This document shows positions 17,715 to 29,489 of a stretch of 38,777 bases of DNA, piece after piece (position 1 is the first letter of the stretch; every line of letters begins with the position of its first letter). The stretch comes from Thermodesulfobacteriota bacterium. GTDB taxonomy: Bacteria > Desulfobacterota > Desulfobacteria > Desulfobacterales > SURF-7. The stretch is from positions 1 through 38,777 of the forward strand of contig JBMORA010000066.1 in assembly GCA_049320885.1 (NCBI GenBank), in the 5' to 3' direction. Position numbers and translations under genes: made by a program. The notes under the pieces were generated by a model. That model did no database searches. It was not told the DNA's origin and saw nothing but the letters and a program-made list of their open reading frames with translations.

Positions 17715-18523
17715 CGAACCGACACCAGGACCGCATCCCCCGGACCTGCCTGGCAATATCCGCGGGCATTTCCCCGGTTCAGCGCGATCTCCAGATAACC
17801 GCTGCTGCCGATGATCGCCAGCAGTTGTCCGGCCGGCACATCCTGGTAACAGTCCCGTACGCCGGCCACGGTGCACGCGCCGATCCGGATCGACAGAGAA
17901 CTCTTGTCCAGGGATCGCCGTTGCAGAAATTCCTCCAGCAAATCCGATTTGATATCGGTAATGAGGTTGCCGAACCGGTCCACGGTCGTGACCCTTCCGG
18001 CCACCTCGGTTTCATTGCGGATCACGGCCCGCGGGCTATCCAGGCGAACCAGCTGCTGAACGGACAGCGGCGGCCCCAGCTCCCGGAGCGGGACTCCGTT
18101 TGCGACATGTCCGGCAACCGGGGCGAAAATATCCCGGCCATGAAATGTCCGACTGACACGGGGTCGGAAATACCGGGCCTCCTCGATGCTCACACAATTG
18201 TGCGTCCCGCCGGTTTCCAGGATACCGGTCAGGACCCCGTTGTCCGGCGCCAGAAAGATGTGGCCGTCACTTTCGAGGGCCACGGCCCGGCGATGGCCGC
18301 CCACGCCCGGATCGACGACCACGACATGAACGGTGCCCGCGGGAAAGCAGGCGTAAGCGGAATGAATAATCCGGCTGGCCTGATCAATCGCCTGGGGTTC
18401 GATCTGATGAGTGATATCAATAATACAGGCGCTCTCATGAACCGCAAGAACGGCCCCCTTCATCATGCCCGCATAGGGATCCCGCAGGCCGAAATCGGTT
18501 GTCAGGGTGATGATCTTCGGCAT
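17711..18523 (-). CDS. SAM hydroxide adenosyltransferase / chlorinase-fluorinase family (DUF62)
   Basis: ITLTTDFG, DITH, VVDPGVG, APDNG, SRTFHGRDIFAP, DRFGN, GYLEIA. Confidence 0.93.
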   Translation of the reverse strand: MPKIITLTTDFGLRDPYAGMMKGAVLAVHESACIIDITHQIEPQAIDQASRIIHSAYACFPAGTVHVVVVDPGVGGHRRAVALESDGHIFLAPDNGVLTGILETGGTHNCVSIEEARYFRPRVSRTFHGRDIFAPVAGHVANGVPLRELGPPLSVQQLVRLDSPRAVIRNETEVAGRVTTVDRFGNLITDIKSDLLEEFLQRRSLDKSSLSIRIGACTVAGVRDCYQDVPAGQLLAIIGSSGYLEIALNRGNARGYCQAGPGDAVLVSVR

Positions 18524-18553
18524 GGTTCCCTTCCGGTTACGGCGCCATCCGTT

Positions 18554-19582
18554 TCAGGAAATGTCAAAGCCAAGGTGCCGGTAGGCGGCTTCCGATGCTT
18601 TCCGGCCGGAGGATGTCCGGATGATCATCCCGATCTTCAAGAGATATGGTTCGATGACGTCCACCAGCGTATCGGTCTCCTCCTGCAGCGTCGCCGCCAT
18701 AGCCTCGATTCCCACCGGTCCGCCGTGATAGTAGGTAATGATCGTTTTCAGATAACCGCGGTCCAGTTTGGTCAGGCCCTGATCATCCACCCCCTCCAGC
18801 TTCAGGGCGTCCATGACCGTTTCAAAGGACATTTCTCCGTCCGCGCGCACCTGGGAGTAATCCCGCACCCGTTTCAGCAGCCGGTTGACGATCCGGGGGG
18901 TTCCGCGGGAACGCCTGGCGAGTTCAAAGGCCCCCTCGTCGGATGCCTTCATGTTCAGCAGGGCCGCCGAACGCTTGGTGATGGTGATGAGATCCTCCAG
19001 TTCGTAAAAATCCAGATTCCGGAAAATGCCGAACCGGTCCCGCAACGGAGCGCTGAGCAGACCGACACGGGTGGTGGCGCCCACCAAGGTGAAGCGTTTC
19101 AAGCGGTAGCGGTGGCTGCGGGCATGCATGCCTTTGTCAAAAACGAAATCCACCGCGAAATCCTCCATGGCCGGATACAGAAATTCCTCCACGGTTTTCG
19201 GCATCCGGTGAATCTCATCCAGAAAGAGGATATCCCCTTCGGCCAGATTGGTCAAAATCCCGATCAGATCCCCGCCTTTCTCCAGGGCCGGACCGGAAGT
19301 AGTCACCAGCTTGCCGCCCATTTCCGTGGCGATGATGTGGGCAAGGGTGGTCTTGCCCAGCCCCGGTGGTCCGTGCAGCAACACATGATCCATGGGCTCG
19401 CCGCGTTTTTTGGCCGCCTGAATGGCGATTTCAAGGGTTTCGATGGTTTCGGATTGTCCGATGTATTCGGCCAGTGTCCGGGGACGAAGGGAAAGGAATT
19501 CGGGCTCCAGATCCATGGGCAGGTTTTCCCGCGATAAAAGCCCCTGCCGCTGGGATGAAAAGGACAGGATTTCATCGGTCAT
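18554..19582 (-). CDS. ruvB: Holliday junction branch migration helicase RuvB
   Basis: [48 protein letters not shown]. Confidence 0.97.
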   Translation of the reverse strand: MTDEILSFSSQRQGLLSRENLPMDLEPEFLSLRPRTLAEYIGQSETIETLEIAIQAAKKRGEPMDHVLLHGPPGLGKTTLAHIIATEMGGKLVTTSGPALEKGGDLIGILTNLAEGDILFLDEIHRMPKTVEEFLYPAMEDFAVDFVFDKGMHARSHRYRLKRFTLVGATTRVGLLSAPLRDRFGIFRNLDFYELEDLITITKRSAALLNMKASDEGAFELARRSRGTPRIVNRLLKRVRDYSQVRADGEMSFETVMDALKLEGVDDQGLTKLDRGYLKTIITYYHGGPVGIEAMAATLQEETDTLVDVIEPYLLKIGMIIRTSSGRKASEAAYRHLGFDIS

Positions 19583-20196
19583 CTGTCGGCCTCATTGCGG
19601 TAGACTTCATCAAAAAGAGCTCCCGGTGTCTGGACGACCGGATTGCGTTCCAAGGCCTTGGCGATCATATCCCGGGCGTCGGCCGGTTTGTGACCGAGCT
19701 GATTCACCAGGACGTCGTATACCGGCTGGGTGAAGTCCTCCTGCACCGCCGCATATCCGGTTACTTCCTTGCGGATCAGGGCGAATTTTCCCACCCGGCC
19801 CTCCAGCGTCGCGATGATCTTCTGGGCGGTGCGGTTGCCGATGCCCTTCAGCCGGCTCAGGGTTCCCACATCCTTTTGCTCAATGGCCCGCGCCACTTCC
19901 CGGATGGGCATGGTCAAGGCCTTGACCGCCTTGAGGGGGCCGATGGCCTCCACGGAAATGAAATGCTGGAAAAACTCTTTTTCCGCCTCCAGGTTGAATC
20001 CGATGAGCACCGGCTTCGGTTGTCTCTCGGTCTGGTGGTAGTAGATGTAAAAAGCCACGGGCGCCCCGCGCTCCCGGCCATCGAGGGTTCTCATGACGAA
20101 GGCGGGCAACAGGACTTCATATCCCACCTGGCCGGCGAGCAGCAGGATTCGTTCCTCATCCTTGTTCAGCAGTTGTCCTTCAAGATAGGCGATCAT
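19579..20196 (-). CDS. ruvA: Holliday junction DNA-binding protein RuvA
   Basis: MIAYLEG, GVGYEV-like GQVGYEV, HhH motifs IGPLKA and [10 protein letters not shown]. Lies between ruvC and ruvB; ATG at 20196. Confidence 0.93.
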   Translation of the reverse strand: MIAYLEGQLLNKDEERILLLAGQVGYEVLLPAFVMRTLDGRERGAPVAFYIYYHQTERQPKPVLIGFNLEAEKEFFQHFISVEAIGPLKAVKALTMPIREVARAIEQKDVGTLSRLKGIGNRTAQKIIATLEGRVGKFALIRKEVTGYAAVQEDFTQPVYDVLVNQLGHKPADARDMIAKALERNPVVQTPGALFDEVYRNEADR

Positions 20197-20212
20197 AATT
20201 CCCTGCCGGAAG

Positions 20213-20707
20213 TCATGATGAAAAAGCCGAACCGTTTCCGTAGCGGAACTGTCCGATGATGGCCAGGGCCATGGCATCCGACGCATGATCGGGGCGGATC
20301 GGCCCGGGATGCCGCAATAAATGGCGGACAGCGAGTTCCAGTTGCTCCTTGCCGGCGTTGCCGTTACCGCTGAGCAGTTGCTTGGCCTCCCGCACCGGCA
20401 CTTCGAGCACCGGAATGTTCTGGCGGCTGCCGGCCAGCAGGATCACACCGATGACCTTACCCAGCAGAATACCGGATTTGGGATATCTCGGCAGGGAGAA
20501 GACATCCTCCACCACCATCAAATCCGGCCGCTCCGCCTCCAGCAGTTCGCCCAGCCTTTCGTATATCCTGGCAAGCCGGCCTGGCAGCGGCATATCCGGG
20601 GAGGTTTCGATACTGCCGAAGGAATAGGCCTCGATGGTCGTTTCCCGTCCGACAACGATACCGACGCCGGTTGCCGCAAGCCCCGGATCGATTCCGATGC
20701 TTTTCAC
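20213..20707 (-). CDS. ruvC: Holliday junction resolvase RuvC
   Basis: IGIDPGLAATG, VEDVF, GNGNAGKEQ, DHASDAMALA. Confidence 0.95.
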   Translation of the reverse strand: MKSIGIDPGLAATGVGIVVGRETTIEAYSFGSIETSPDMPLPGRLARIYERLGELLEAERPDLMVVEDVFSLPRYPKSGILLGKVIGVILLAGSRQNIPVLEVPVREAKQLLSGNGNAGKEQLELAVRHLLRHPGPIRPDHASDAMALAIIGQFRYGNGSAFSS

Positions 20708-20746
20708 GGCCGCCTCGCTCCGGCCGGAATCGCCCGGCTGCAGCTG

Positions 20747-21625
20747 TCAGAGTCCCTGCTGTTTCTGTTTGGCAATGACGGCCTCGTTGGTTTGCGGGAA
20801 CTTCCGGATCAGTTCCTGCAATACGAGTTTGGCGTTCTTTTTATCGCCGATCTGCTGAAAGGCAAGTCCCTGTTTCAACAATGCGGCGGGCACCTTGTTG
20901 CCGTTGGGATATTTCTTGATGACCTCATGATATTCCAGAATCGCTTTTTCATACCATTTTTCCTGATAGTAGGATTCGGCGATCCAGAATTGAGCGTTGT
21001 CGGCGTTTTCCGACCTGGGATTCACTTGCAGCAGTTTTTTGAAGCCCTGCCGCGCCCCGGTCATATTCCCTTGATCGAAATCACGCTTGGCGCTTTCATA
21101 CAGCTCGGTTTCATCGGCGTCGGAGGAAACGGCACTTTCCGCCGCGACCGGAGGTGGATTCTCCGGCACGATCACAGGCGTTTTTCCCGTGGACCTCTCC
21201 GGGGGGGCCTTGCCCGCTTCCAGGCCGAGGTGCGTTTCGATCCGGATGATCCGGTCCGTATTCTGGGTAATGGTGCGATCCAGACGGTTGAAGCGTTCTT
21301 CCAGCTGGACGCCGCCGCTGGAGGATTGTTTCATGGAATAACGCAATTCTTCCATCTGGCCGTTCAACAGGTTGAGTTCCTCCCGCAGCGCATCGACCTG
21401 ACTCCGCAGACTGGCATAACTGCCGCGGGTGTCGCTCATGGCTTCTTCCCGGTTCCTGGCGGAACTTTCCAGCTGGGTGCTGAACCGGCTCATCTGCTTT
21501 TCCGATTCGCCTAGCTGCATCTCCAGCTGGGCCAGACGGCCCTCCAGCACCATCATGTCCTTCCGCATGGCGCAGCCGCTTGAAAGCGCCAGCGCGCCGA
21601 TCAACATCAGAAGTGTCATTCTCAT
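20747..21625 (-). CDS. cpoB: Tol-Pal system protein CpoB/YbgF (lipoprotein signal, coiled coil, TPR)
   Basis: LSSGC lipobox, ADNAQFWIAESYY...AILEY...YP.GNKVPAALLKQG. Directly downstream of pal. Confidence 0.92.
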   Translation of the reverse strand: MRMTLLMLIGALALSSGCAMRKDMMVLEGRLAQLEMQLGESEKQMSRFSTQLESSARNREEAMSDTRGSYASLRSQVDALREELNLLNGQMEELRYSMKQSSSGGVQLEERFNRLDRTITQNTDRIIRIETHLGLEAGKAPPERSTGKTPVIVPENPPPVAAESAVSSDADETELYESAKRDFDQGNMTGARQGFKKLLQVNPRSENADNAQFWIAESYYQEKWYEKAILEYHEVIKKYPNGNKVPAALLKQGLAFQQIGDKKNAKLVLQELIRKFPQTNEAVIAKQKQQGL

Positions 21626-21756
21626 GGCTTCTGCTCAATCCGCTTGTAATCGTTATCGACGTTGCGTCCCCCAAAAAGAAAAACGCAAGCGGCGCCGTCC
21701 TGCCTGCCGCTTGCGTCTCCATTTCAGCATGATTGCCCCGGCAATCCGGCTACACG

Positions 21757-22293
21757 TTACTTAATCGTAAAATGAGCCCGTCTGTTTTTCGCATAAGCGT
21801 CTTCCGTCTGGCGGGGATCAACCGGCATTTCCTCGCCGTAGCTGACGGTGGAAAGACGGGAGGATTCGATACCCAGATCCACCAGGAAAGCCTTGGCGCT
21901 CTGGGCACGACGGTCACCCAGGGCGATGTTGTATTCAGTGGTGCCGCGTTCATCGCAATGGCCTTCCACCACAACCGCTTCATCGGGGTTGTCGCGCATC
22001 CAGGCGGCTTTGCGTTGCAGAATTTCCTGGGCCGTGGCGGAAAGGGAAGAATCATCAAACGCGAAATTGATGTCCTCGGCCATGAAAGCCTGGCGGGCTT
22101 CTTCCAATTCACGGCGCTCGGCATCCCCGCTGACGGAGACTTCCGGCGCAGCCGCCGGTTCGGATTCCTCCACTGCCGCGACCGGAGCCGTCGGAGTGGT
22201 TTCTTCCGTCTGTTTTTTCTGGCAGGATACGGTCACCAGCATGGCCGACATCATCGCGATTAACAAAATTCCCTTGAATACCTTGATTTTCAT
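21757..22293 (-). CDS. pal: Peptidoglycan-associated lipoprotein Pal
   Basis: Lipobox [44 protein letters not shown] at 22293 with a GGAGG RBS. Confidence 0.95.
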   Translation of the reverse strand: MKIKVFKGILLIAMMSAMLVTVSCQKKQTEETTPTAPVAAVEESEPAAAPEVSVSGDAERRELEEARQAFMAEDINFAFDDSSLSATAQEILQRKAAWMRDNPDEAVVVEGHCDERGTTEYNIALGDRRAQSAKAFLVDLGIESSRLSTVSYGEEMPVDPRQTEDAYAKNRRAHFTIK

Positions 22294-22321
22294 GTTGCCT
22301 CCTCTTACCTCTGCATTGTTG

Positions 22322-23668
22322 TTAGTTATTGTCAATTTTCGTTGACCATTTTGGCTGCGTCTGGGCTCCCGGCAGGGTTAGCAACCGCCGCTGGTCGGTC
22401 CCAAACACCGTCATTACATATATTCTTTCAACCCCCTCGCGGGACGAACTGAACGCGATCAGGCTTCCGTCCGGCGACCATGTCGGCGATTCGTTGTCAC
22501 CCGCTTGCTGGGTTAGGGCCCTGGGATAATTTCCGTCCGTTCCTATTATATATATGTTGAACCGCCCATCCTTCGAAGAGGCATAGGCGATTTTATCTCC
22601 GCGAGGCGACCAGGCAGGCGATGTATTATATCGCCCCTCAAAAGTCAACCGTCTGACCTGGTCCGTTTGAAGATCCTGGATATATATCTGGGGCGTCCCG
22701 GCTCGCTTCGATACAAACGCCATCTGACGTCCATCGGGCGAAAACGATGGCGAAACATCTATCCCCCAATTTCTCGTCAGTCTTTTAATCATTTTCCCTG
22801 CCCCGGTCAATAAATAAATTTCCTGATCACCGGAAAAAGAAAGTGTCGCCGCCAGGGTGAAAGCTCCTGGCAGCCATGCCGGCGTGATGTTGACCCCTTT
22901 TTGATCCACTACCCAGGTTTTATGATTCCGCAGATTTTTAATGTACAGGTCGGGTTTGCCCCGGGAGTAATCCGTATACGCCAGGTGTTGACCATCCGGC
23001 GCCAGGGCCGGAGACAGGGAAATCCGCTTGGTGTTGGTGAGCTGTCGCGGGTCATAGCCGTCGAAATCACAGATGAACACTTCCTTTGCGCCGGTACCGC
23101 TGGAAACGAATACGATCTTGCTGTCGAAAAGACCTTCCCGGCCGGTGAGCAGCCTGACCACCTCGGCGCAGAATTTCCGGATGATTTTCCGCTGGTCTTC
23201 CGGCTTGCTGCTGTAACGTTTGCCGATCAGCAGGCGTGACTTGAAGGTATCGAACAGGCGCAGTTCCAGCAGCAGGTTGCCGTCCTGGATCTGGGCGCCG
23301 CCGGTGATCAGCAGTTCCGCACCGATGCCGGTCCAATTTCGGAAATTGATTTTTTCCGCGGAAATCCCGGTCTCATGGGGATATTCCAAAAAAGCGCCAT
23401 GATCGACGATTTTAAAATATCCCGTAAAATCAAGAGTATCTTCTAAAAGCCGGGCCGCCTCGCGGGCGATGGTTTCCGCGCGTTCATCCCCGCCGGAATT
23501 CTGAAAACGCGGCACGGCGGTGGGAATTTTTTTAATGTAGGGATTGGTGATGTCGATATAATCATATCCGGCGACCGCCGGACCGGCGGACATAACAACC
23601 CAGACAAGCGCCGCCAGACAACCCTGAAACAACCGCCTCATCATTTTTTCTGCCATTCTTCCATGCAT
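22322..23668 (-). CDS. tolB: Tol-Pal beta-propeller protein TolB
   Basis: TolB_N region followed by PD40 repeats ([24 protein letters not shown]). The true start may be a few codons downstream. Confidence 0.95.
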   Translation of the reverse strand: MHGRMAEKMMRRLFQGCLAALVWVVMSAGPAVAGYDYIDITNPYIKKIPTAVPRFQNSGGDERAETIAREAARLLEDTLDFTGYFKIVDHGAFLEYPHETGISAEKINFRNWTGIGAELLITGGAQIQDGNLLLELRLFDTFKSRLLIGKRYSSKPEDQRKIIRKFCAEVVRLLTGREGLFDSKIVFVSSGTGAKEVFICDFDGYDPRQLTNTKRISLSPALAPDGQHLAYTDYSRGKPDLYIKNLRNHKTWVVDQKGVNITPAWLPGAFTLAATLSFSGDQEIYLLTGAGKMIKRLTRNWGIDVSPSFSPDGRQMAFVSKRAGTPQIYIQDLQTDQVRRLTFEGRYNTSPAWSPRGDKIAYASSKDGRFNIYIIGTDGNYPRALTQQAGDNESPTWSPDGSLIAFSSSREGVERIYVMTVFGTDQRRLLTLPGAQTQPKWSTKIDNN

Positions 23669-24528
23669 TATTGCAAACCCGCGGGCGTAAACCGCAATCC
23701 CACATTCAAAAAAGGCTCTCGGAAACCGGAGGGAAGCGGCGGCAGGGGACTTGATTTGAGCAAGGCCTTTTCCGCCGATTCATCCAGATATTGGTTCCCG
23801 GAGCGCTTGTCAAACCAGAACTCCCGGATTTCTCCGTTGGGCATGATTTTAACGCCGAGGAGCGCCTCCAGTTCCTTCCGATCCCCGGCCAATTGTTCCG
23901 AAAAGGCCCAATTTTTCTGAATGTAAAAAATAATCTCGGCCTTATAAATTTCCAGGGGGCCGAAGGCCGCATTTCCGCCGCCCCCCCCGGTGCCCCCCGG
24001 CAGGCCGAAGCGGCCGGGCCGCTCCGGTTCCACATCCTGAAGTTTCCGCGCCAGACGCTCCAGCGTTTCCGCATAGGAGTCGACCGCCTCCTTATCCGGA
24101 CCGGTCTTATCGGCCCCGGCCTTATCGACCTTGGCCTTCACCCGGGTGACGGCGCTGTCGATCACCTTGGACTTGTCATACGAACTTTTCTTCAGGGAGG
24201 TTTTGGGCTTGAACGCCATCGCCGGCGGCTTTTCCACCACCGCCGGCTGGGCCGGTTGCTTGACCTCGGCAGCCGGTTTCTTCAGGACAGCCTCCTTTTT
24301 CGGCGGCGCCGGACGAAGCGTATCGCCGGGCGGCGGACCGGGCGCGGCCATGGGCACCAGATCGACGCTGATAAAGGGCTGCGAATAATCCCGTGACGAT
24401 GACAGATTGGGTATGACCATCAACAGAATAATCGCCAGCAGATGCCCGGCGGTTGAGATCAGCAGAAAGATCGTCAACCGGCGGGTCTCGGTTTCCATTC
24501 CGCTCAACCAGGTCGATACCGCCTGCAT
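23668..24528 (-). CDS. tolA: TolA / TonB-C-terminal domain energy transducer
   Basis: TM with S-x3-H (STAGHLL), Pro/Lys-rich linker and TonB_2 C-terminus (IQKNW...SGNQYLDESA...PLPPLP). Between tolR and tolB. Confidence 0.85.
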   Translation of the reverse strand: MQAVSTWLSGMETETRRLTIFLLISTAGHLLAIILLMVIPNLSSSRDYSQPFISVDLVPMAAPGPPPGDTLRPAPPKKEAVLKKPAAEVKQPAQPAVVEKPPAMAFKPKTSLKKSSYDKSKVIDSAVTRVKAKVDKAGADKTGPDKEAVDSYAETLERLARKLQDVEPERPGRFGLPGGTGGGGGNAAFGPLEIYKAEIIFYIQKNWAFSEQLAGDRKELEALLGVKIMPNGEIREFWFDKRSGNQYLDESAEKALLKSSPLPPLPSGFREPFLNVGLRFTPAGLQ

Positions 24529-24533
24529 CCCAG

Positions 24534-24968
24534 CTATTGTTTACTCCCTGTTTTGTTGTTCGTCTTTTCCTCCGGCTCGGTCAGCATGCCCAATTTCTCG
24601 ACCCCGGCGTTCTTGATATCGGACATCACCTTCACCACCAGTCCGTAGGGGATGGTTTTGTCCGCGCGCAGGAAGACATTCCGATCCCGCCGGTTCTCCA
24701 GCACCTTGACCAGTTTCTCCTGGAGAAAGCCGGAGTCGACCTGCACATCGTTGATATAGACCTGGGCGTCCTTGTTTATACTGACAACTAGCTGGTTTTC
24801 TTCCGTTTTCAAGGGGGCATTGCTGGCTTCCGGAAGGGAGACGTCCACTCCTTGAACCATCATGGGCGCCGTCACCATGAAAATGATCAGCAACACCAGC
24901 ATGACGTCCACGAAAGGCGTCACGTTGATTTCCGACATCATGCTGTCATTGGATCCGCCGGCTTTCAT
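24534..24968 (-). CDS. tolR: TolR
   Basis: EINVTPFVDVMLVLLIIFMVTAP, LRADKTIPYG. Confidence 0.95.
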   Translation of the reverse strand: MKAGGSNDSMMSEINVTPFVDVMLVLLIIFMVTAPMMVQGVDVSLPEASNAPLKTEENQLVVSINKDAQVYINDVQVDSGFLQEKLVKVLENRRDRNVFLRADKTIPYGLVVKVMSDIKNAGVEKLGMLTEPEEKTNNKTGSKQ

Positions 24969-25696
24969 CGCTCCTTCTCCTTGCCTCTCAGGATATCCCG
25001 CTCGATGATATTCAGAAAATCAGCCGAAAAGCTGATCAGCTCCGATTCGATAACCCGGATTTTCTGGGTGAAATAATTATAGGCGATGACAGAGGGGATG
25101 GCCACCGCCAAGCCCGCCGCGGTTGCAATCAGGGCCTCCGAAATACCGGGCGCCACAACCGCAAGACTGGCCGAACCGCGCATGCCGATGCCGTGGAAGG
25201 AGTGCATGATCCCCCACACCGTGCCGAACAGTCCGATGAACGGCGTCGTGTTGCCGGCCGTGGCCAGAAACGGCACCATCTGGGTCAACTGGGTGACCTC
25301 GGTGTTGATGGCCCGGCGGAGGGAACGCTTGACATTGTCGATTCCGGACACGAAAAGCGCGGGGGAAAGGGAATCGCCCCCCCCTTCCTGGCCTGCCACC
25401 GGCGCACCGGTGCGACTGATTTTCTTCAACTCGATATAACCGATCCGGAAGATTCTGGCCAGCGGGCTGTTCTGCAGCTGCTTGGCCCTGGCGAAGGCAT
25501 CGGACAGATCCCGGCTTTTCCAGAAATAATCGATGAAAACCGCTGATTCGTTGTACGCCCTGCGGATATAGGTATACTTCACAAAAATGATCGCCCAGGA
25601 GGCGATGGAAAAAAACGCCAGCAGCAGCATGACCAGCTGAACCATCACGCTGGCGTTCAGAAACATATGAAAAAGATCCAGTTTGTCAGACATCAC
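24965..25696 (-). CDS. tolQ: TolQ
   Basis: FLATAGNTTPFIGLFGTVWGIM, VAPGISEALIATAAGL. Confidence 0.95.
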   Translation of the reverse strand: MMSDKLDLFHMFLNASVMVQLVMLLLAFFSIASWAIIFVKYTYIRRAYNESAVFIDYFWKSRDLSDAFARAKQLQNSPLARIFRIGYIELKKISRTGAPVAGQEGGGDSLSPALFVSGIDNVKRSLRRAINTEVTQLTQMVPFLATAGNTTPFIGLFGTVWGIMHSFHGIGMRGSASLAVVAPGISEALIATAAGLAVAIPSVIAYNYFTQKIRVIESELISFSADFLNIIERDILRGKEKER

Positions 25697-25845
25697 CCAC
25701 CACCCCGACCATCCGTTCCAGCTGATCCGTCCTCATCCGTTGCAACCGATCCATCCGTGCAATAACAAAGCCCACACGACATCGAAGGGAGTGCAGGCTT
25801 TAGGGTCTTGTTCATCTTGGAACCGTATTTGAAATTTAATCGGGT

Positions 25846-25874
25846 AGACTATTCGACTATTACTTCGATGTCAA
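25846..25874 (-). promoter_or_regulatory. Sigma70 promoter of the tol-pal operon
   Basis: Minus strand TTGACA (25874-25869), 17 bp, TAGTCT (25851-25846). Confidence 0.6.
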
Positions 25875-25916
25875 GTGAATTTAACTCCCTCGCTTACCCT
25901 CATTGTTGTTACACGG

Positions 25917-25955
25917 AAAGGGAAAGCCCCCGCTTTCGACAAGGGGGGCTTTTTT
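25917..25955. terminator. Hairpin terminator downstream of groEL, possibly bidirectional
   Basis: AAAGCCCCC...GGGGGCTTT stem with a T6 run on the plus strand and TTTCCCTTT on the minus strand. Confidence 0.7.
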
Positions 25956-26003
25956 ATCCCGCAGGTCAGTAACTTGCAGGGCGTCGTCACGGGCACATCA
26001 TGG

Positions 26004-27662
<1,659 letters not shown>

Positions 27663-27680
27663 CTATCCTCCCTCGTTTAT

Positions 27681-27968
27681 TTATTCTATAATGCCAAGAA
27701 CATCGTCTTCACGCATGATCAGGTATTCCTCACCGCTGATTTTGACTTCGGTTCCGCCGTATTTACCGAACAGGATTCGATCGCCTGCTTTGATTTCCAA
27801 GGGAATCTTTTTGCCATCCTCACCGACTCTGCCGGAACCGACCGCGATGACTTTCCCCTCAATGGGTTTTTCCTTGGCTGTGTCCGGAATAATGATGCCG
27901 CCTTTTGTCTTCTCCTCTTCCGCAACACGCTGTACCAGAATTCGGTCTTGTAATGGTCTGATTTTCAT
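27681..27968 (-). CDS. groS: Co-chaperonin GroES
   Basis: [10 protein letters not shown]...[16 protein letters not shown]...KYGGTEVK. Confidence 0.99.
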   Translation of the reverse strand: MKIRPLQDRILVQRVAEEEKTKGGIIIPDTAKEKPIEGKVIAVGSGRVGEDGKKIPLEIKAGDRILFGKYGGTEVKISGEEYLIMREDDVLGIIE

Positions 27969-28139
27969 CTTGTCCTTTCTCCTTTTGTTGTCGACATAAT
28001 TGAAGGTTTTATATCATTACCCGTTTGTCAATCATGGCTTCGCTTGATTTTCGGAAAAACTAATCACCCGTTGTCATTTGTAAAGGGCAGCCTCCATCAA
28101 AATCATCCGGTAACCGGCTTCACCTGGAATGACTCCGGA

Positions 28140-28415
28140 TCAATCCGCTTTTTTATCAGCCGCCTTGCTCTCGGCCTTCTTGGGCTCGGGGCTGTCAGCC
28201 GACGACTTTTTTTCGCCGGATGCCGCGTTTTTGGATGAATTGGCATAATCCGTCACGTACCAACCCGATCCTTTCAAATGGAAGGAGCTTTGAGAAATCA
28301 ATTTGTGGAGCTTCCCGGAACAGTGGGAACATTTTTTCAGCGGTTTTTCGGAAAGTTTTTGAAACACTTCCTCATGGACGCCGCATTGCATGCATTCATA
28401 TTCATAAATAGGCAT
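28140..28415 (-). CDS. FmdB-family zinc-ribbon protein
   Basis: MPIYEYECMQCG...CSHCSG...FHLKGSGWYVTDY. Confidence 0.92.
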   Translation of the reverse strand: MPIYEYECMQCGVHEEVFQKLSEKPLKKCSHCSGKLHKLISQSSFHLKGSGWYVTDYANSSKNAASGEKKSSADSPEPKKAESKAADKKAD

Positions 28416-28540
28416 CTTCTTCCTCCCTAAAAAAATATATTTTTTACATATATTATTAGATAGTTATGTGCATCCCCGATCAAATCTGAAATAAGATAGT
28501 CAGTGTTTGGTTTTTGTCAAGCAGGTTATACCAGGTTTCT

Positions 28541-29083
28541 TCAGGAAATATACAGACTGTCCAGGGGCAGTCCCCAGTTGCGGAAAAAGGAGAAGGTCTT
28601 CGGCATTCCGGTTATCTGGACCCCCCTCAGAATCTGATGGGTTTCCTGATGGACCCGGCTTTCTTCCAGCAGTTTTTCTTCGGGATTGGCGTCGAAACCC
28701 ACCAGGAATCGACTGAAACGAATGATGTGGACCAGTTCGTGGGTAACGATATAGAGGCAAAAGGGGAACAGGGTCAAGGCCGGGTGCTCCCGCAGGGCCG
28801 CCAGGATGGCATGGTCCTGGAGACAGATCTTGTAAAAATCATAAACCGAAGATCCCAGAAAGGCGTCTTTCTTCCGTCCCTTATAACGCACAATCTGGGC
28901 GAAAGGCCCGTGCACGATCTCCATCGGCTCCAGACCATCCAGGGTTTTCACGTCATATCGATGGCGCAGCCACTGGTTGATGGACAGTTTGTAATAGTTG
29001 CCGACCAGTTCTTCGGAAACGGAAACGGCCTGATTGACGTCGTCCAGTTGCGCCGGTGTAAATTTTTCCAGTTTTCCGTTCAT
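28541..29083 (-). CDS. Hypothetical protein with HExxH motif (zincin-like)
   Basis: YIVTHELVHIIRF and a downstream EE (LEESRVH). Likely ATG at 29083; the ORF extends to 29107. Confidence 0.7.
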   Translation of the reverse strand: MNGKLEKFTPAQLDDVNQAVSVSEELVGNYYKLSINQWLRHRYDVKTLDGLEPMEIVHGPFAQIVRYKGRKKDAFLGSSVYDFYKICLQDHAILAALREHPALTLFPFCLYIVTHELVHIIRFSRFLVGFDANPEEKLLEESRVHQETHQILRGVQITGMPKTFSFFRNWGLPLDSLYIS

Positions 29084-29194
29084 TTTTTCGTAAAAAAAGA
29101 TGGACAAACAATTTCGTTTGGTGTTAGGGTCACAATTTATTTATAGGTTGAAACATTGGGTTACTGATTTTATCGCACGATTGGAGGTGGTCAG

Positions 29195-29293
29195 TTGGGA
29201 AGTGTCATCAAAAAACGTAGAAAGAAAATGCGCCGGCATAAACATAGAAAATTATTGGCCCGTACACGCCACCAACGCAGAAAAGGCAAATAA
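29195..29293 (+). CDS. bS22-like small ribosomal protein (AURKAIP1/COX24/DUF1713 family), 32 aa, absent from the ORF track
   Basis: TTG start 4 nt after a GGAGGTGG RBS (29183-29190). Translates MGSVIKKRRKKMRRHKHRKLLARTRHQRRKGK, matching the mycobacterial bS22 pattern. Confidence 0.9.
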   Translation: MGSVIKKRRKKMRRHKHRKLLARTRHQRRKGK

Positions 29294-29321
29294 TTCCGCC
29301 TCATTTCTTTTCAGTCTGCAA

Positions 29322-29404
29322 AGAAAAAACAGGAAAAGCCGATACCCCGGAACCGGACAGGCGGACGCGCCTCAAGGTCCGGGTGTGCTTTTTCTGTTTT
29401 TTCT
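29322..29404. terminator. Long hairpin between convergent bS22-like and hflC genes (bidirectional terminator candidate)
   Basis: 18-bp outer stem AGAAAAAACAGGAAAAGC / GCTTTTTCTGTTTTTTCT (one G-U) with inner stems including AGGCG-GACG-CGCCT. Confidence 0.55.
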
Positions 29405-29489
29405 GTTCCTCTCCATCCGCATCCGGTTCATTTATCCGCTTTTCCGCTCCCCTCCCGAAAGCCCGAACAGCCATGTCTCCCGGTCCCGA

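Noticed and set aside
17711..18523. Possible fluorinase/chlorinase natural-product gene
   Set aside because: It sits in a housekeeping context after ruvB with no biosynthetic cluster, and the FHGRD-type motif fits the widespread SAM hydrolase (DUF62) branch.
17825..19537. 570-aa plus-strand ORF
   Set aside because: Antisense to ruvB and the DUF62 gene, with no motifs.
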